DNA of 64,000 bases, from assembly GCA_021613535.1 (NCBI GenBank), contig CP075492.1:13020001-13084000 (forward strand), in the 5' to 3' direction. The translations under genes and the position numbers were made by a program. Shown here one piece after another: positions 24,927-38,428 of this stretch (positions within the stretch are counted from its first letter, which is position 1; each line of letters opens with the position of its first letter). Origin of the DNA: Adineta vaga. Its lineage: Eukaryota; Animalia; Rotifera. The notes under the pieces were generated by a model. It did not search any database and was not told the origin of the DNA. It saw only the letters and a program-made list of their open reading frames with translations.

Positions 24927-25862
24927 CTATACTGTTGACGATGTTTTCTGATTGAATGATTTCGACAATAGAACACGAAGATGAGGCGCATAGTATAAAT
25001 GTACAATAGTCATACCAGTAAATGACGATATAAATGTTAACCATGTCAAATGATTGGCCCACCATCCCACATAACCAAATATATGATAAACAATTGTAGT
25101 ACTACATGCAGGTGTACCGAATAAAATAATAAAAATAACTAACCATAAAATACGTTTTATAACAGTAAAATCACGTTTAATTCTTTTCTTTTGTCGTATA
25201 GTTAATCTAGTAATATTTCGACGTATATAAGATACTGTACATGCATATATAATCACGGTTAATACGACAGGTGGAAGCCAAACACAAAGTGCTCCTATAA
25301 GAATGCCACGCCAATTTGTTAGATAAACCTGACAATGATAATCTTCATAATCGTAATGTCCAGGAAGAATAACCGGTAGTTGCACGAGTGCACTAAGATG
25401 TACTTGAATGACGATACCGAGTATATAAATATAAATATTACGATACAAAAATGGACAATGATAATAAATAATTCGAAAAAGTCGATGAAGTGCTTGAAGA
25501 GCATTTGAATACAAAGCAGATATCAATGCAATTGTTGATATATAAATTTTTAATCGACATCCTAATGTATTATTATGTAAATCTTCTCTTGTAGGATTCC
25601 AATGTCCCATGAACATTGAAATAAACATATCCAATGTGAAAGAAGCAAATATGAATACATTGATATACATGTTTAAACTAAGAAGAAATAAATTTTTTTC
25701 TTTTAATTTGATTAATCGCCGACGAGTTAAGATCAATAAAATCATAAAAAATGTTTTACATATGGCTACAATACAGATACCAATTCCAATTGAATCAAGA
25801 ATAATTGGTGCAATCAGTGAATTGTTTGAAGTATATAGTTTGCCGCTTGCATTACTATTCAT
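24927..25862 (-). CDS. Divergent class-A-like 7TM GPCR, intronless
   Basis: Seven hydrophobic segments; Cys at the start of TM3; QALHRLFRII (DRY variant); LPPVVLTVIIY in TM5. Confidence 0.85.
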   Translation of the reverse strand: MNSNASGKLYTSNNSLIAPIILDSIGIGICIVAICKTFFMILLILTRRRLIKLKEKNLFLLSLNMYINVFIFASFTLDMFISMFMGHWNPTREDLHNNTLGCRLKIYISTIALISALYSNALQALHRLFRIIYYHCPFLYRNIYIYILGIVIQVHLSALVQLPVILPGHYDYEDYHCQVYLTNWRGILIGALCVWLPPVVLTVIIYACTVSYIRRNITRLTIRQKKRIKRDFTVIKRILWLVIFIILFGTPACSTTIVYHIFGYVGWWANHLTWLTFISSFTGMTIVHLYYAPHLRVLLSKSFNQKTSSTV

Positions 25863-28070
25863 TATGACAGAAATGAAGAAAAAGAAGAAAACAAATCTTT
25901 TTCTAAAAGAAAGAATAATTCTGAATCTTTAAATTCTTATTAAGAACATGAGTACCTAATGCATATGCTTCAAGGAAAGAAAAGGACTTCAAATGAATCT
26001 TCTAACGTTCATTTTGTAAATACTATCATTTATATTTTTATTATTTTTGCATCCTATAGGTCTTTTATTATATTTTTTCAAGAAAAATTGAAGAACCACA
26101 CGTGCAATTATAGAAGGAAATTGAAATGGTTCATCCGAAAAAAATTATAAACGATAAGTAAAGATGAAAAACTAAATCTAGAAAAGCAACTCATAAGAGC
26201 GACAAAAATACAATGTTCTTTCTTATATTTATTTCCGTATATATTACAAATGTTAACTCAGCTTTAATACTAAGTGAATAGCATGTTTGATACAATTCTG
26301 AAATAAATACTTTGAAGTTTATATCGATGTAACGTACCAGGAATAACAGCAGTAATTAAGCACTTAGTACATTTATCAAGTACGAACCCATTTACTTCAT
26401 TTTGTACTTGTCCAATCATTGAATTCTATCTCAACATTCATAAATATTATTCAACTGAAAATGAAAAGACGTTCATCTGATAGATAATTGAGAAAATGAA
26501 TACTTGAATGTTAACTTTACCATGACTATAAGTTGATTAATGTGAAGTTTAAATAAATTGTCTTGCTATTGTGTTTTGATTGATTGCATTGCAGACAGCC
26601 GGAAAACGTATTTATGTATCTTTTCATTCGTTGAAAGAAAATTATTCAAAAGAGTCATGATACAAATGAATAGCTTATCAAAAGTACTTAGTACGATTAT
26701 GCTCTGTAAGTAACAATCACAGGTCACAAGATCTTGACTTTCTAACTCGATTCACTCGTGAGACGTAATAACCCGTCGGTGGTATTTATATGAGGTGAAT
26801 GAAGAATCCATCAGTTGTCAAAGATAATTCATCTACAAGAATGTTTCCTTTCGTCTAAATGTCTCTCGGGCAATGTTTAGTTACTTATTATCTCTATAAA
26901 GTCGAATAAAAAGCGGGAGTATACTCTCATTCTTCACCAATTTTGTGAAAGTTTTAAAGTATGATCTTCATGTTGGGTAGATTTCAAAAGATATGCGTAG
27001 GTGCAAAATTCAGGTATACTCGGTTACTTAGTACTTTCAATTTTTTCTTAATAATACTAGAACACGTTTATATCTGGATGAAACATGACTTGTCTACTTA
27101 TAAGATTAACGGAATAAATAATCAATTTTAATTAACCATATGGCATCAAAATCTGGTGATGGATTGAATTTAATTATGAGAGCGAAATGTATTTTATATC
27201 AAAATACAGGCGGAATAATGACGTACAATGTGACAAAAGCAAAATTTCAATTTAATTCCGTCCGATATACATTTTCTGGATAGATTGCTCGACGTATATA
27301 AACATTGTTTTACTTTTTTCTATAGTTTTGTCAACGGAAACATATCTACATGATATCGATTAGAGACTATTCATTTAAAATATAAGGAAATATTCACGTG
27401 ATACTTTTATTTCTTTTTGATTAAAATGACGGATAATTACAATGTGTAAGTTTTCTATCGAGATATGAGTACATTCCAAATGATATTATTAAATATTTTT
27501 AGGTTTTCTTTAAAAAGTTCTATCAACATGTCTTGTTGAAACATAGGCATACAAATATTTATACCGTTACAAAGAAAATAGCACTACATTATTCGTTATT
27601 TATTCAAACATATACACTCTTGATACGTGACATTCATTCTTCTAAGTCGTAATTCATTTGTATTCGTATAGGATAAAATACAAGGTCATACATATCTATT
27701 TGAAAATTCAAAACTGATTATAATAAGAAAAACAATCTGTTCTATTCTATGTGTCTAATTGTAGTTTGTTTTGAAAGCATTCGAGTTTCACTTGGCAGTA
27801 ACGAGAAAAGTCTCGACAGATTAATAAAATCTAGATCAGAATGCTTGGATAGATATTGTCGACGCATATTATTGAAAAATCGTTAAAATAAAGATTGAGA
27901 TTTTTGTTTCTTTTAATGAATTTCGTACTGTTATCTTTAGCATAAGATAAAGTATATGAGTGTAACTTGTGTGTTATATAATCAATCCAAAAAGAAAACC
28001 CGAATAAATATATGGGTTTCTAGTACTTCTTTCTTTTTTACTGTATGTAATTTGTGACTATCTAGTATCT

Positions 28071-28996
28071 ATGTTTTTCAAAATGACTTCAGCAACATTA
28101 AATGAATATCAGCATGTGAATTATGTTCATCGTATATTATGGCTTATTTTAAATCTATTTTTTGGTGGTTTTATTGGACTTGTTCTATTAGTTTGGGTTA
28201 GTTGTGATATGGAAATGCCAACATTTTTCTTCCCTCTTCTATCATCATCATTTCTCCAATCGGTTTTTCATGTTCCATGGATTGATATGAAATTAGCATT
28301 ATTTCATAAAATTCTATTTAATGGATGTTTATTCGGACTGTTCGGTTTTGTACATACATTTTTTGCACGAGATTATGTTCAACGATATCTTATCACTAGA
28401 TTTTCATTTCCATCTATTGGATTAAGAACATTCTATCTTATCCTAACGAACATATCAGCTTGGTTATTAATGGGATTATGGCAACATACCTGTATTCAAC
28501 TATGGGATTTCTTGAAAGATGTCTCATTTGCAAATGAACATAGAAGACATGAGATATTATTAATTTTATTCGCAATAGTTAATATACCTGGTATGAATAT
28601 ATCGTATTACATATTTTGATGACTTGAGTTTTTATTCAAGGTGCACTTGTAATAATACAATTCAATCTCTTTGAATTTTTTGGATTAAAACAAATCTTTC
28701 AATCTACCACATGTCCTACAACTTCGAGAACAACTGGAATGAATAAATTAGTCACCAATGGAATCTTTCATTACTGTCGACATCCAATGTATTTCTTTTT
28801 ACTGCTCGGTTATATTCTTTCACCTTGTGTCTCTTTAGATAAGTTTTTGTTTATTATCTATGCAATTGTTTATTTATACATCGCCATTCCTATTGAAGAG
28901 AAGAAACTAGAAATTATTTTCGGTCAAGCTTATATGGCCTATAAAAATAGCGTACCATCAGTCTTGCCGAACTTCTACAGAAAGAAAAATATTTAA
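28071..28996 (+). CDS. Nurim/MddA/ICMT-family integral membrane methyltransferase-like protein, 2 exons
   Basis: LFGFVHTFFAR, FNLFEFFGLKQ, LVTNGIFHYCRHPMY, EEKKL..FGQAYMAYKNSVP. Intron about 28591-28640. Confidence 0.85.
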
Positions 28997-29750
28997 AATG
29001 ATGTCATATTCGTTTATCGTTGAAATTTTTTTAAACATTAGTCATTGTTTTGATTTCTGTCTTCTTGTGTTACAGATAAAAGAATATTTTTTTCCACAAA
29101 ATACTGTCGACAACTATCTCTCGTTCTTTTACGACACATACCACATGTATTGCTTCTTTTTTTTTCTTCATCCACAAGTGAAAAAAAATTTTCAGTAGAA
29201 ATAAAAAGAATCATAAAATTTCATTTGTAAGCGAAAATAAAATCCATCGATCGTTTTTCCTCGAAAATTAGAGTTCCATCTTATTCTACGTACGAATAAA
29301 TCAAATGAAACGATTATTTGAAGGCAAGAGGGTGTGTCGTTGTTTGTACACCACAAAAAAATTTCAATTGTCTTTCAAATAAAACCATTCAGTTCGATCG
29401 AATTGATTATTTAGTTAATCGTTTTTCATTATTTGTTTTATAAGATATAATTCGAGGGTGGAGATCAAGAATGTCGAGAAGATTTAGGCGGAGCACAACA
29501 CATTTCACATCGACCAGATCTCAAAGAAATTTGTACATTAAAATGTAAACAATTGAAATTTTCTTTTAAAGATTCAAAATAGTGGAAATAGAACCACTTG
29601 TGGGTAATAATTTAGAGCCAACTCAACAATAATAGATTTTTTTTCTACAAACTTTATAACTATCAATAAATTCGTTGATTATTCATTCAAAACTTTTGAA
29701 AGAGACATCGAATTCTACAAAGGCTCTTTCGATCCAACTTCAAGAATAGA

Positions 29751-31490
29751 TTATTTCTTAGATTCAAGTAATTGTTTTGTTTTATCAATAGAGTTATTCA
29801 AATTGTCAATAAATGATTGATCTATTTGTTGCGCATTGCGTTTGATTAATTGAGCACACTGTTCATATTTTTCTAAAGCTTGAACATAATTTTGATAATT
29901 GAAACAACTATCACCCATCAATTTATAAATCGATGCGAGATCAGGATGATCGGAGACCATATAGCTCAAACTCGTTTTCAATGAGATTTCATAATGTTCA
30001 AGTGCTTTCAAATGTTCACCTTTATATGTAAAAATAACTCCAAGACCATTATGTAAACGAGCAAGACGACGCGGTTGACCAAAGACAGACGGATCATTTA
30101 AAAGATCGAGATAGAATTGTTCAGCACGATCGCATGCATCCATTTCAATAAGTAATTTACCCAAATATGAAAGTGGATTCGTTTCGACATCATTACTTCG
30201 TAATGGTGTAATGAGACGATAGAAATGTTCATCATTATCATCCACAAAGGTTAATCTAACGATCCAGATAGTCATTGAATTGTCTGCTGTTTCTTCAATT
30301 ATGGATTTAATATGGAAGACAGTACCCAGAGTAAAAAGGATTTTTCCTTCTTGTGATGAAATATTCGAATTCGAATTATTAATCATAGCGCAGACATTTC
30401 CCGTACTATTTACAGTTGAATCGAAACATATTTCGAAAAGAACTGCTGTCATTTTCGGATGTGACATAATTCGATGTCGAAGAAAATCTATTGCATGTTC
30501 TTTATGAATTGTCGTTTCAATGAAATTGGAAAACGATAGAAGTCCATCACAATTAGGTTTTATTAACGTATCAAACTCGTCATTTGACATACTTTTACCA
30601 AGATATACTATGTCACGATCTTTTATTAATGAAAGTATATTGTCATGTAAGAGTGTCAATTGTGTATGAATATGTTTAAGTACAAAGCCCATCTTATAGA
30701 TAATATCAATTTCATATGTACGTAAAACACGATGAAGAATCCATGAGAGAAAACAAGGCTTTGTTATCCACCAGAGAACATTTTTCGGTCGATAATTCTG
30801 ATCAAAATCGTCAATATCGTGCATTTGTTCATTATTTTGGGCATAGTGAATACGACAGTAATCAAGAAAGATACTTTTATGATTATTTTCGAATTTGATA
30901 CGAACCGCAATTTGTTTGATTAATTGTATGCAGAGAAACATAGCAGTTTGCTTCTTTGTAAAATTTGATGAATTCGTTTGTTGTTTTTCTGCAGGAACAA
31001 CAATGATATTGATCAAATCCCATGTACAAAACTTTGTATCTTCACGAAGTTGTTCACAAAGTTCATTCATGTTCGTAAAACGTTTCTTTTGCATAAATTG
31101 ATCATCTATATTTGTTATATCTAAAGACGATTCGTAAAAATCATAGATTTTCTCCAATTGTGGTAAATAATAAACACTTCGAACAGTTTGTTCCATATCA
31201 GACGATATAATAAGAAAGATCTTTTCTTCTCGTATTGTTTCAATAAAAGTAATGCATTCACTGGGATTATTAAATATTCTCAATGTAGAAATAATATGAC
31301 GTAATTTCTCGGCGAAATCGTTATGTTTTGTAAATAACGAAGAATTTGCTAGACAAATAAGAATACAATTTTCAATATTACGCGTGGCATACTGTTTGGA
31401 AGTTGTGTCACAAGAAGTTTGTATAGGATTCAGTGTGATAAGAGGAAATTGTTGTATTGACGAAAGATTTTTCGTTTCTGAACAACCCAT
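29751..31490 (-). CDS. ART-TPR protein with a degenerate ART catalytic site, intronless
   Basis: Likely start MGCSETK at 31490; N-terminal ENCILICL..EKIFLIIS..PQLEKIY domain; ART-like region reads VYLG / FSNFIETT / QEGKILF; C-terminal TPRs (HNGLG, HPDLASIY). Confidence 0.85.
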   Translation of the reverse strand: MGCSETKNLSSIQQFPLITLNPIQTSCDTTSKQYATRNIENCILICLANSSLFTKHNDFAEKLRHIISTLRIFNNPSECITFIETIREEKIFLIISSDMEQTVRSVYYLPQLEKIYDFYESSLDITNIDDQFMQKKRFTNMNELCEQLREDTKFCTWDLINIIVVPAEKQQTNSSNFTKKQTAMFLCIQLIKQIAVRIKFENNHKSIFLDYCRIHYAQNNEQMHDIDDFDQNYRPKNVLWWITKPCFLSWILHRVLRTYEIDIIYKMGFVLKHIHTQLTLLHDNILSLIKDRDIVYLGKSMSNDEFDTLIKPNCDGLLSFSNFIETTIHKEHAIDFLRHRIMSHPKMTAVLFEICFDSTVNSTGNVCAMINNSNSNISSQEGKILFTLGTVFHIKSIIEETADNSMTIWIVRLTFVDDNDEHFYRLITPLRSNDVETNPLSYLGKLLIEMDACDRAEQFYLDLLNDPSVFGQPRRLARLHNGLGVIFTYKGEHLKALEHYEISLKTSLSYMVSDHPDLASIYKLMGDSCFNYQNYVQALEKYEQCAQLIKRNAQQIDQSFIDNLNNSIDKTKQLLESKK

Positions 31491-34009
31491 CAATAAGTAG
31501 TATACAAATGACAAAAATCTAGAATAGAAAAATGTTGTAAATGCGAAGTTTTTCATGTCCCATTATGAATGCACGAGTGAGAAAGTTAAAAAAACTTATT
31601 TTTATCTTTGATAAGTATCCGTAAATCTTTGATGAAAGCTTTTTTTTTCTAAGAAAAATAGTTTGTTACATTCTAAATGGCAAAAATGTTTCAATGAACT
31701 CTAAGTTTTTCAGATACTTTCTTGTATGTATAAGAAATATTCATCTATTTGAGATAAAGTTGAAATAAAGCGATAAATGTACTGAATAATTGATTAGAAT
31801 TATTCTCTCGATTTAATGAAATTACAAACTACTTATATCTAAATTTATTTCAAAGTCATTCAATAGTCATAGGAAAATAATGATGAAATAAAAAGGCATT
31901 TTTCTTTGCAAGAATCTAAAAGTAGGCACGTAGAAATTTTTTTATTAAAGAAAAGTTTTTTAGAGCGTTTCACTTTACATATAAATATCATCGTACTTGC
32001 AATAAAAGCAGGTAGTAATAGAACATGAATTAGGTACTAACGCTTAAGTAAACTTCCTTCATCACTGCCATAAAATCATTAATTATCTAAGTAACAGGAT
32101 AAACTTTTCTTTCAGACAGCATATGTTTTTCTCGTTTCATATAAATCTTCTTATGAAAGAATCGATAACTCATTTTTTTTTCTACCGCTTCAATATTTTG
32201 ATGTTTTAATACTCATGTAATGTCACAAAAATATCATGATGTTTGTGTTTTTGACGCATACGAACTATACACGTCGATGGCACTTTTCCTAATTCATTGC
32301 AATTATAAGATTGGTTCCTTACGCTCAGATCTTTTCTAACATATTCGCAAATGAATGAAACGATTATACTTATAAATAGTGTCTTTTATTGCATTTAATT
32401 TAGCGTGAACAACGCAAAAAAAACCCACATTATATTATTTTTAGTGAATTTATGACAAAAAATGAATGAACATCGTCATTTGTCCCTCTTTCGTATTATT
32501 AATAGGAATGGGTGAACGTAATTTCATTCGTCTAGAACTCGAACTGAATAGACTTTTATAGTAAAATCATAATGATCAGCAATTATGCTATGTCCAAGTT
32601 CGAACATAGATTATCTTTTTCATTTATATTTTTTATATGAATACAAATAACTCGAAAATCTGATGGTATGTTTGCTATTAATCTTCCATGATGGAGCCTA
32701 ATAAGAACTTCTTTTTTCTTCAAATAAAATTTGGAATAGAACTAAACTATCCCTCAAGAGATAGGGAAGGATATATTTGCAATTTAAGATATTAATTAAA
32801 CGTAAAAATAGAATAAATAACTTATTCTATGTACTTATAATGACTGGAGTTGAACGTAAGTTATTATTATTCATAATTATTGATTTACAGATTGAATTCA
32901 TTTCCAAATAAAAAGAACATATACGTCAATAATGAAATTTTAAATATTTCAGCAATCGATCTATATAAATATGAATTATAGAACGAGCGTCATATTCGTT
33001 TTTTCAATAGCAAATCAAAACGAGAGAAATATTTCGTTTGTAAAAAATTCACTGGCAACTCATTCACTAATAGATACGATAGAATATATAGAACATTCAT
33101 GAAGTTACGTTTATCGATGTTCCTTTTTGTCGAGTGTCGTTTTCTTCAACTGAAAACAAACGTGTTTTTTTTCACATAACAATCAATAGTTTTGAATCCT
33201 TGACTACTAATTAGTTTCTCGGAAAAGTAATCCAGAGAAATAAGCAGATAGAATTTACAGTACTTAGTTAGTTGAGGATTGTTCTACATGGAGATCGTTT
33301 GAGGCGAAACAAAGATGATACTTTTTTGTTAAAATCTTTAATCATGATGCATCACTGATTTCTAATAATAAGAAATTTTAACATCGTTTAATTATTAATT
33401 AAATGGTAAGATCGTTGCTAAACGAACGTTTTTTCAAAACATATAAAGAATTAAAAAGGAGGCGTAGAAATTTTCTTATAATGGTTTAGTTTTTAGATTA
33501 ATCATAAATGATATTTTACAAAGATTATTCGTATTGAAACCTATAAAAGTTTGATTATCATTTCATTTCTTAGACGAAGACATTAATAACTAATTATTTT
33601 TACACACGAATGAGTACTCCATTATAATTCATTTTACAGGAAAGAAATTCAAACTATCCAGTCTATTGACTATTATAGAACTAACTTACAAAGAGAAAGA
33701 TGCATGAAAATTGAAAACGATGAGGAGAAAGAATGACACTTTTAGTTAGTATCCTTTTTCATTCGAAACTATATATCCTATCACGATAGTAAATTCATAC
33801 TTTCTTTAAATGGATGAGGTCATATAATTTTTTCTTGAAAACAGTTTTACATACGATCCATCAAAGAAAAGAAAAGCTATTAAAATATATACATAATTTC
33901 GACTTTGTAAAATCATTTGCGATAATTACATTTGAAATATCCTGAAGTGTAATTATTTTCTTTTTGCAGAGAAAAAGATTTTTCTTTTCAAATAAAAATT
34001 ATAACAAAC

Positions 34010-35258
34010 ATGGAAAAAGTAAGTTAACAGAAAAGAAAAGGATAGTCTCTATGCAATGTTCGTTGTTAGATCAGTATTCCAACTGAATCAATTGGATCAA
34101 TTCCACGACCTAATGAACTTCTGATAGCTCAACGAAATTTTTCTCAAGGACGAATTACTCGTGATCGATTAAATGACTATTGTACACGAGCTATACAAAC
34201 AACGATTCAAGAACTTGAAGCAACTGGTTCAACTGTACTTACAGATGGTGAACAAACGAAACCGTCTTTTCTTACTTATCCAATATATGCATTAATGGAT
34301 GAATATTATAAATTTTCAGCGGATTGTTTCACAATAAAATTTGCTGATGGTCATCAACGATTATTACCACGTTTGGTCAAAGCACCTTTTCGATATGCTG
34401 TCTATGCTCATACTTATATTGATGCTGCTAAACAAGTGACACAAATACCAATCAAGTCAGTCTTTGTTCCTATTCATTATATTGAACTTTATATTTCGTT
34501 ATAGACAAGCTGTAATTACACCGTCAGCTTTATCATTGGTATATCCTAGAGCAACAATTCGCGGTTATTCACATGAACAATTTTTGAATGATTTGACCAG
34601 TGAATGTGAAAAAGATATTCGATTATGTCTAGAAAGCGATGCATATTGTGTTCAACTTGACTTTACTGAAGCTCGATTCTCATTAAAAGTTGATCCAAGT
34701 GGACAATTACTACGAGATTTTGTTCAATTAAATAATCGAGTATTAGATCGATTTGGTTTTCGAGAACAACATCGACTTGGTGTTCATGTTTGTCCAGGTT
34801 AATGAAAAAAAAAATTATTTTATTTCTTTTTAGTATTTTCTTATCTAGGTGGTGATCAACATTCTCGTCATTCGATTGAAGTTGATTATCTCGAAGTTCT
34901 TCCTTCATTATTTCAATTACATGTCGGAAATTTCTATTTACAACTAGCAAGTGAACCAAATCGTGAACGCGTATTATCGTGTATTCGTGATCATATTCAA
35001 CCATGGCATCGTGTATTCATTGGTGTCATTGATCAAATAAATCCACATGTAGAAACATCGGAAGAAGTGTGTGAACGTATTATGGAAGCACTAAAATACA
35101 TTCCGGTTGAACAATTAGGTACAACAGATGATTGTGGTTTTTCTCCATTTAATGATGATCAATCAACATCACGACAAATTGCTTTTGATAAAATTCGAGC
35201 TCGAGTCGAAGGTACTCGTCTAGCTGAAGAACGATTAATGTTAAAAAAACGAAGATAG
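34010..35258 (+). CDS. Short single-barrel cobalamin-independent methionine synthase (MetE C-terminal-like), 4 exons
   Basis: IPTESIGSIPRP, TDGEQ, VQLDFTE, Zn-ligand motifs GVHVCPG and TDDCGFSPF. Three GT-AG introns; first exon is 9 nt. Confidence 0.92.
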
Positions 35259-35539
35259 ACAGGATTATATTGAAAGCAATTGTACTATTTTTATGTCTGT
35301 AAATAACTATTCGCTTCATTCAACAGACATGAAAATGATAATTTTCTCATTTCAGTTTTGAATTATAATATCTATTCAAATTCACGATTGAATGTTGTTT
35401 TAATGAAGAAAAAAAATCATATTTCTTTTCCGGAGACATTTGTTGTCTTCATTTTTTTTCTATGGCAGACAATCAAAAACATCAGCTGGCATCTACTATT
35501 TTGAATTTTTTTGGGAACGATAAGGCGTATATTCATTCT

Positions 35540-36300
35540 TGTGTCACATAGTCAGAAGAAAGGCATCAGATACTTTCATTTCATCTGATTAAAATCAACG
35601 TTTTCTTGATATAGAACCAAATATTCTCTAAGGAAACTTAAGTGACAAATACGGTATTGATCACGATATAATAAGGTGGGTTTCAATTCTTCTTTGGAAT
35701 CACTAGATATACTAGAAAATGACGAATTTCTTCGTAAGGCTGGAACATGGATTTTAGGTAAAATTGAATGATGTAATGCGAAAATGATTGGTAATGATAC
35801 GTTTTTTTTAGATAGAAAGTGAAGTATACCATGCAGTTGACAAAGTAGAAAAAGATAGTTAGAGTAGTGAAATTGTACAACAATCAAGAGTAAATACAAC
35901 CTCTTAGATTTTAATGCTTCATTCGTTTGTAAATCTATCAATTGATGATGCCAAAGTCAATACAAATGTTACATATTTGTGCTGTAGTCATCATCTAAAA
36001 CATTTATCACATGAAAGCATGAAATATATTCTTGAAGGATTATTTTAACTTTTGATAAGGTATTCACAACATTAAGATTCGCGTGTGGCATATTTACAAG
36101 TACTGACGAAGTAAAATTAATTGCAGAAGTTTTTAAAGAAAATAAATCATTAGAAAATCATATTCTACGTAAGAATAGAATAAGCAAATGCATTAAATCA
36201 GAAAACGATATTGCATGAATTAAGATTAGAAAGGAATAATTTGACACAAATGAGTGATAGACTATTAGAAACAACAAGAATTGATAGATATAAAGTATGA
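35540..36300 (+). pseudogene. Degraded ribonuclease-inhibitor/NLRC3-type LRR gene remnant
   Basis: Fragments such as VKLIAEVFKENKSLENHILRKNRIS and ELRLERNNL, broken by stops and frameshifts. Confidence 0.45.
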
Positions 36301-37130
36301 TTCGATGTTTGTCATCTGTGAATTTGTCTTATTTTGAACGTGTATTGAAGATTTTTTCAAACATGTATTTTGTGAAACAAGAAATAGAAAGAATGTTGCA
36401 TGAGATCTTCTCTATTTTTATTGTGAAATCGATTGTCATATACAAAAGGAGCAAAGTAATCAGATGAAATATTATTCTCAAAGAACATTACCTTGACTAA
36501 TAATACTATTGACATGCTTTGAAAATGATCATGATTCCATTCTGAATTAGAATGAACGATACAAAAAGCTAGGAGAAATTGTGCATTTTAATTATTCATT
36601 CGTTTGGCGACACTTAGAAACAACCAGGTAATTATATTGTATATGAAACTACATGTAAAATATCGTCTAGGTCGAAACAGCATGGTCATATTCTTATTTA
36701 TTGGAGCGAGCATTGTTAATGTTCATGACATTAGATCTAGTAAATATCTACAGTAATTCATGAATCTCTTAATACTCAAATAGTTCAGTTGCAAGATCGT
36801 CTACAGTTAAGTATGCCTTAAGGTCGTCATAATCGATAGAATGTCTCTGAAAGCCTATTATTCAACAGAACTAACTTGAAAACAAAAATGCCTTTTGACT
36901 ACATGAGATCATTATAATAATGGAAAAATAAATAATGTTAATTAAAATATTCTTTCTTTCTTTCTTTCTTTCTTTTTCTCTTACTCATTATTTTTCATCA
37001 CTTGACGACAAATGATATTGTTGAATAAGAGTAGAATATTCTATAACTCAAAGATAAATATTCAATGAAATAGAAAACTCAGAACATTTCTTTTCTTATA
37101 ACTTCTTTTTCTCTTCTCAATATTACATAC

Positions 37131-37454
37131 ATGTCGATAACACCAGGACAACAACAACTACAACAAAAATCGGATTATAACGTTGATTTTCCTAAACGTA
37201 ATGTTCAACTATTACGTACAGCATTATCCGATACAAAGCAAATCTCACTGGACGAAGTAAAAATCCGAAAAGGAACTAATGCATCACCTTCATCGTCTAC
37301 AACTGATAATCCTCCCGTCAAAAGAACATCTTCATCTCCAGCAGTCAATAGACCTGTTGGTTCAAACAGGTATATACATCATCATTTATTTACAATTATT
37401 TCATTACTTTGCTTCTATTTTATGTATAGATTGTTCTCAACAAGCAGAAAATAA
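37131..37454 (+). CDS. Small uncharacterised, probably disordered Ser/Pro-rich protein
   Basis: Coding-like composition with a probable 60-nt intron at about 37370-37429, ending LFSTSRK*. Confidence 0.55.
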   Translation: MSITPGQQQLQQKSDYNVDFPKRNVQLLRTALSDTKQISLDEVKIRKGTNASPSSSTTDNPPVKRTSSSPAVNRPVGSNRYIHHHLFTIISLLCFYFMYRLFSTSRK

Positions 37455-37705
37455 TCATTTCATTTATGAAAAACTCTAAGATGAAATATATTCTCATATA
37501 TATATTGTGTTTGTAAAAACTAATGTGTACGTTTTGTTATTGAAATGATTTATTACAAGTCGTATTCATACAAATCTTCTTCTTTCTCAACCATTATGTA
37601 CTACTTTCCGTATTTTTTTATATTAATTCAGATGATGTGTTAATAATATTCGTTGATATTTATTTGACTCACTTTCATTAATTATTCAAATGAATAATCT
37701 TTAAC

Positions 37706-38428
37706 TACAATGATCTTTTGTATATTTCGCAAGATTTTTTAAAACATTATCATTGATAAACCCTCGACAGAAACTTGTGAAAGTTTTGATTGTTGAATTC
37801 ATTTTTCATGACGAGGTACAGTGCGGCGCCAAAAAAGCATGTACTTTTTTTGTTTCTACGCTTAAACAAATAAAAAGGGTTTTCTAAAAACTCTCTCTCA
37901 TATCAGACTTTGTAGAGCTTTTTTCGCTGATCATTTTGATAAAAACAATTTTTGATTTTCATTGAGTAATGACGATGTTATAGTCAAAATACTAAATAAT
38001 GTGAAATGCCCTAAAATGCGATTTTTTCTGATATACAAGTATAAAAGTCGATTTGCATATCTCGAAATGCTACACTTTCGAGAGATATGTCACAGCAGAT
38101 TTTGTGGAGGTTTATATTTGTTTCTCAGAAAAAATCGCATTTTAGGGCATTTCACACTATTTAGTATTTTGACTATAACATCGTCATTACTCAATGAAAA
38201 TCAAAATTTTTTTTTATCAAAATGATCAGCGAAAAAAGCTCTACAAAGTCTGATATGAAAGAGAACTTTTAGAATATCCTTTTTATTCGTTTAAGCGTAA
38301 AAACAAAAAGTACATGCTTTTTTGGCGTCGCACTGTATGCATTGCCATAATTTATTTTGACTTAAAAATTTCAAAATAACAGGAATTCTTTCTTCACTTC
38401 ACGACAAACAGAAAACAAATGGTTATTA
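37706..38428 (+). repeat. Direct repeat copy 1 (~200 bp, interrupted by the MITE)
   Basis: 37706-37816 plus 38338-38428 align closely with 40541-40745 (tacaatgatcttttg...aaccctcgacagaaacttgtg...caggaattctttcttcac). Confidence 0.92.
37819..38335. mobile_element. Non-autonomous Tc1/mariner-type MITE (517 bp, fold-back)
   Basis: TA|CAGTGCGGCGCCAAAAAAGCATGTAC ... GTACATGCTTTTTTGGCGTCGCACTG|TA. TIRs about 210 bp, TA target-site duplication, no transposase. Confidence 0.95.

Noticed and set aside
27140-27600. Short ORF MASKSGDGLNLIMRAKC... with intron-like signals
   Set aside because: Stops early and gives no consistent spliced frame or recognisable family; at most a decayed remnant.
29355-29565. 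14-bp inverted repeat (aaaatttcaattgt / acaattgaaatttt)
   Set aside because: Short, AT-rich and without a target-site duplication; plausible by chance.
37962-38225. 87-aa ORF inside the MITE
   Set aside because: Lies within the inverted repeats and has no transposase motifs.
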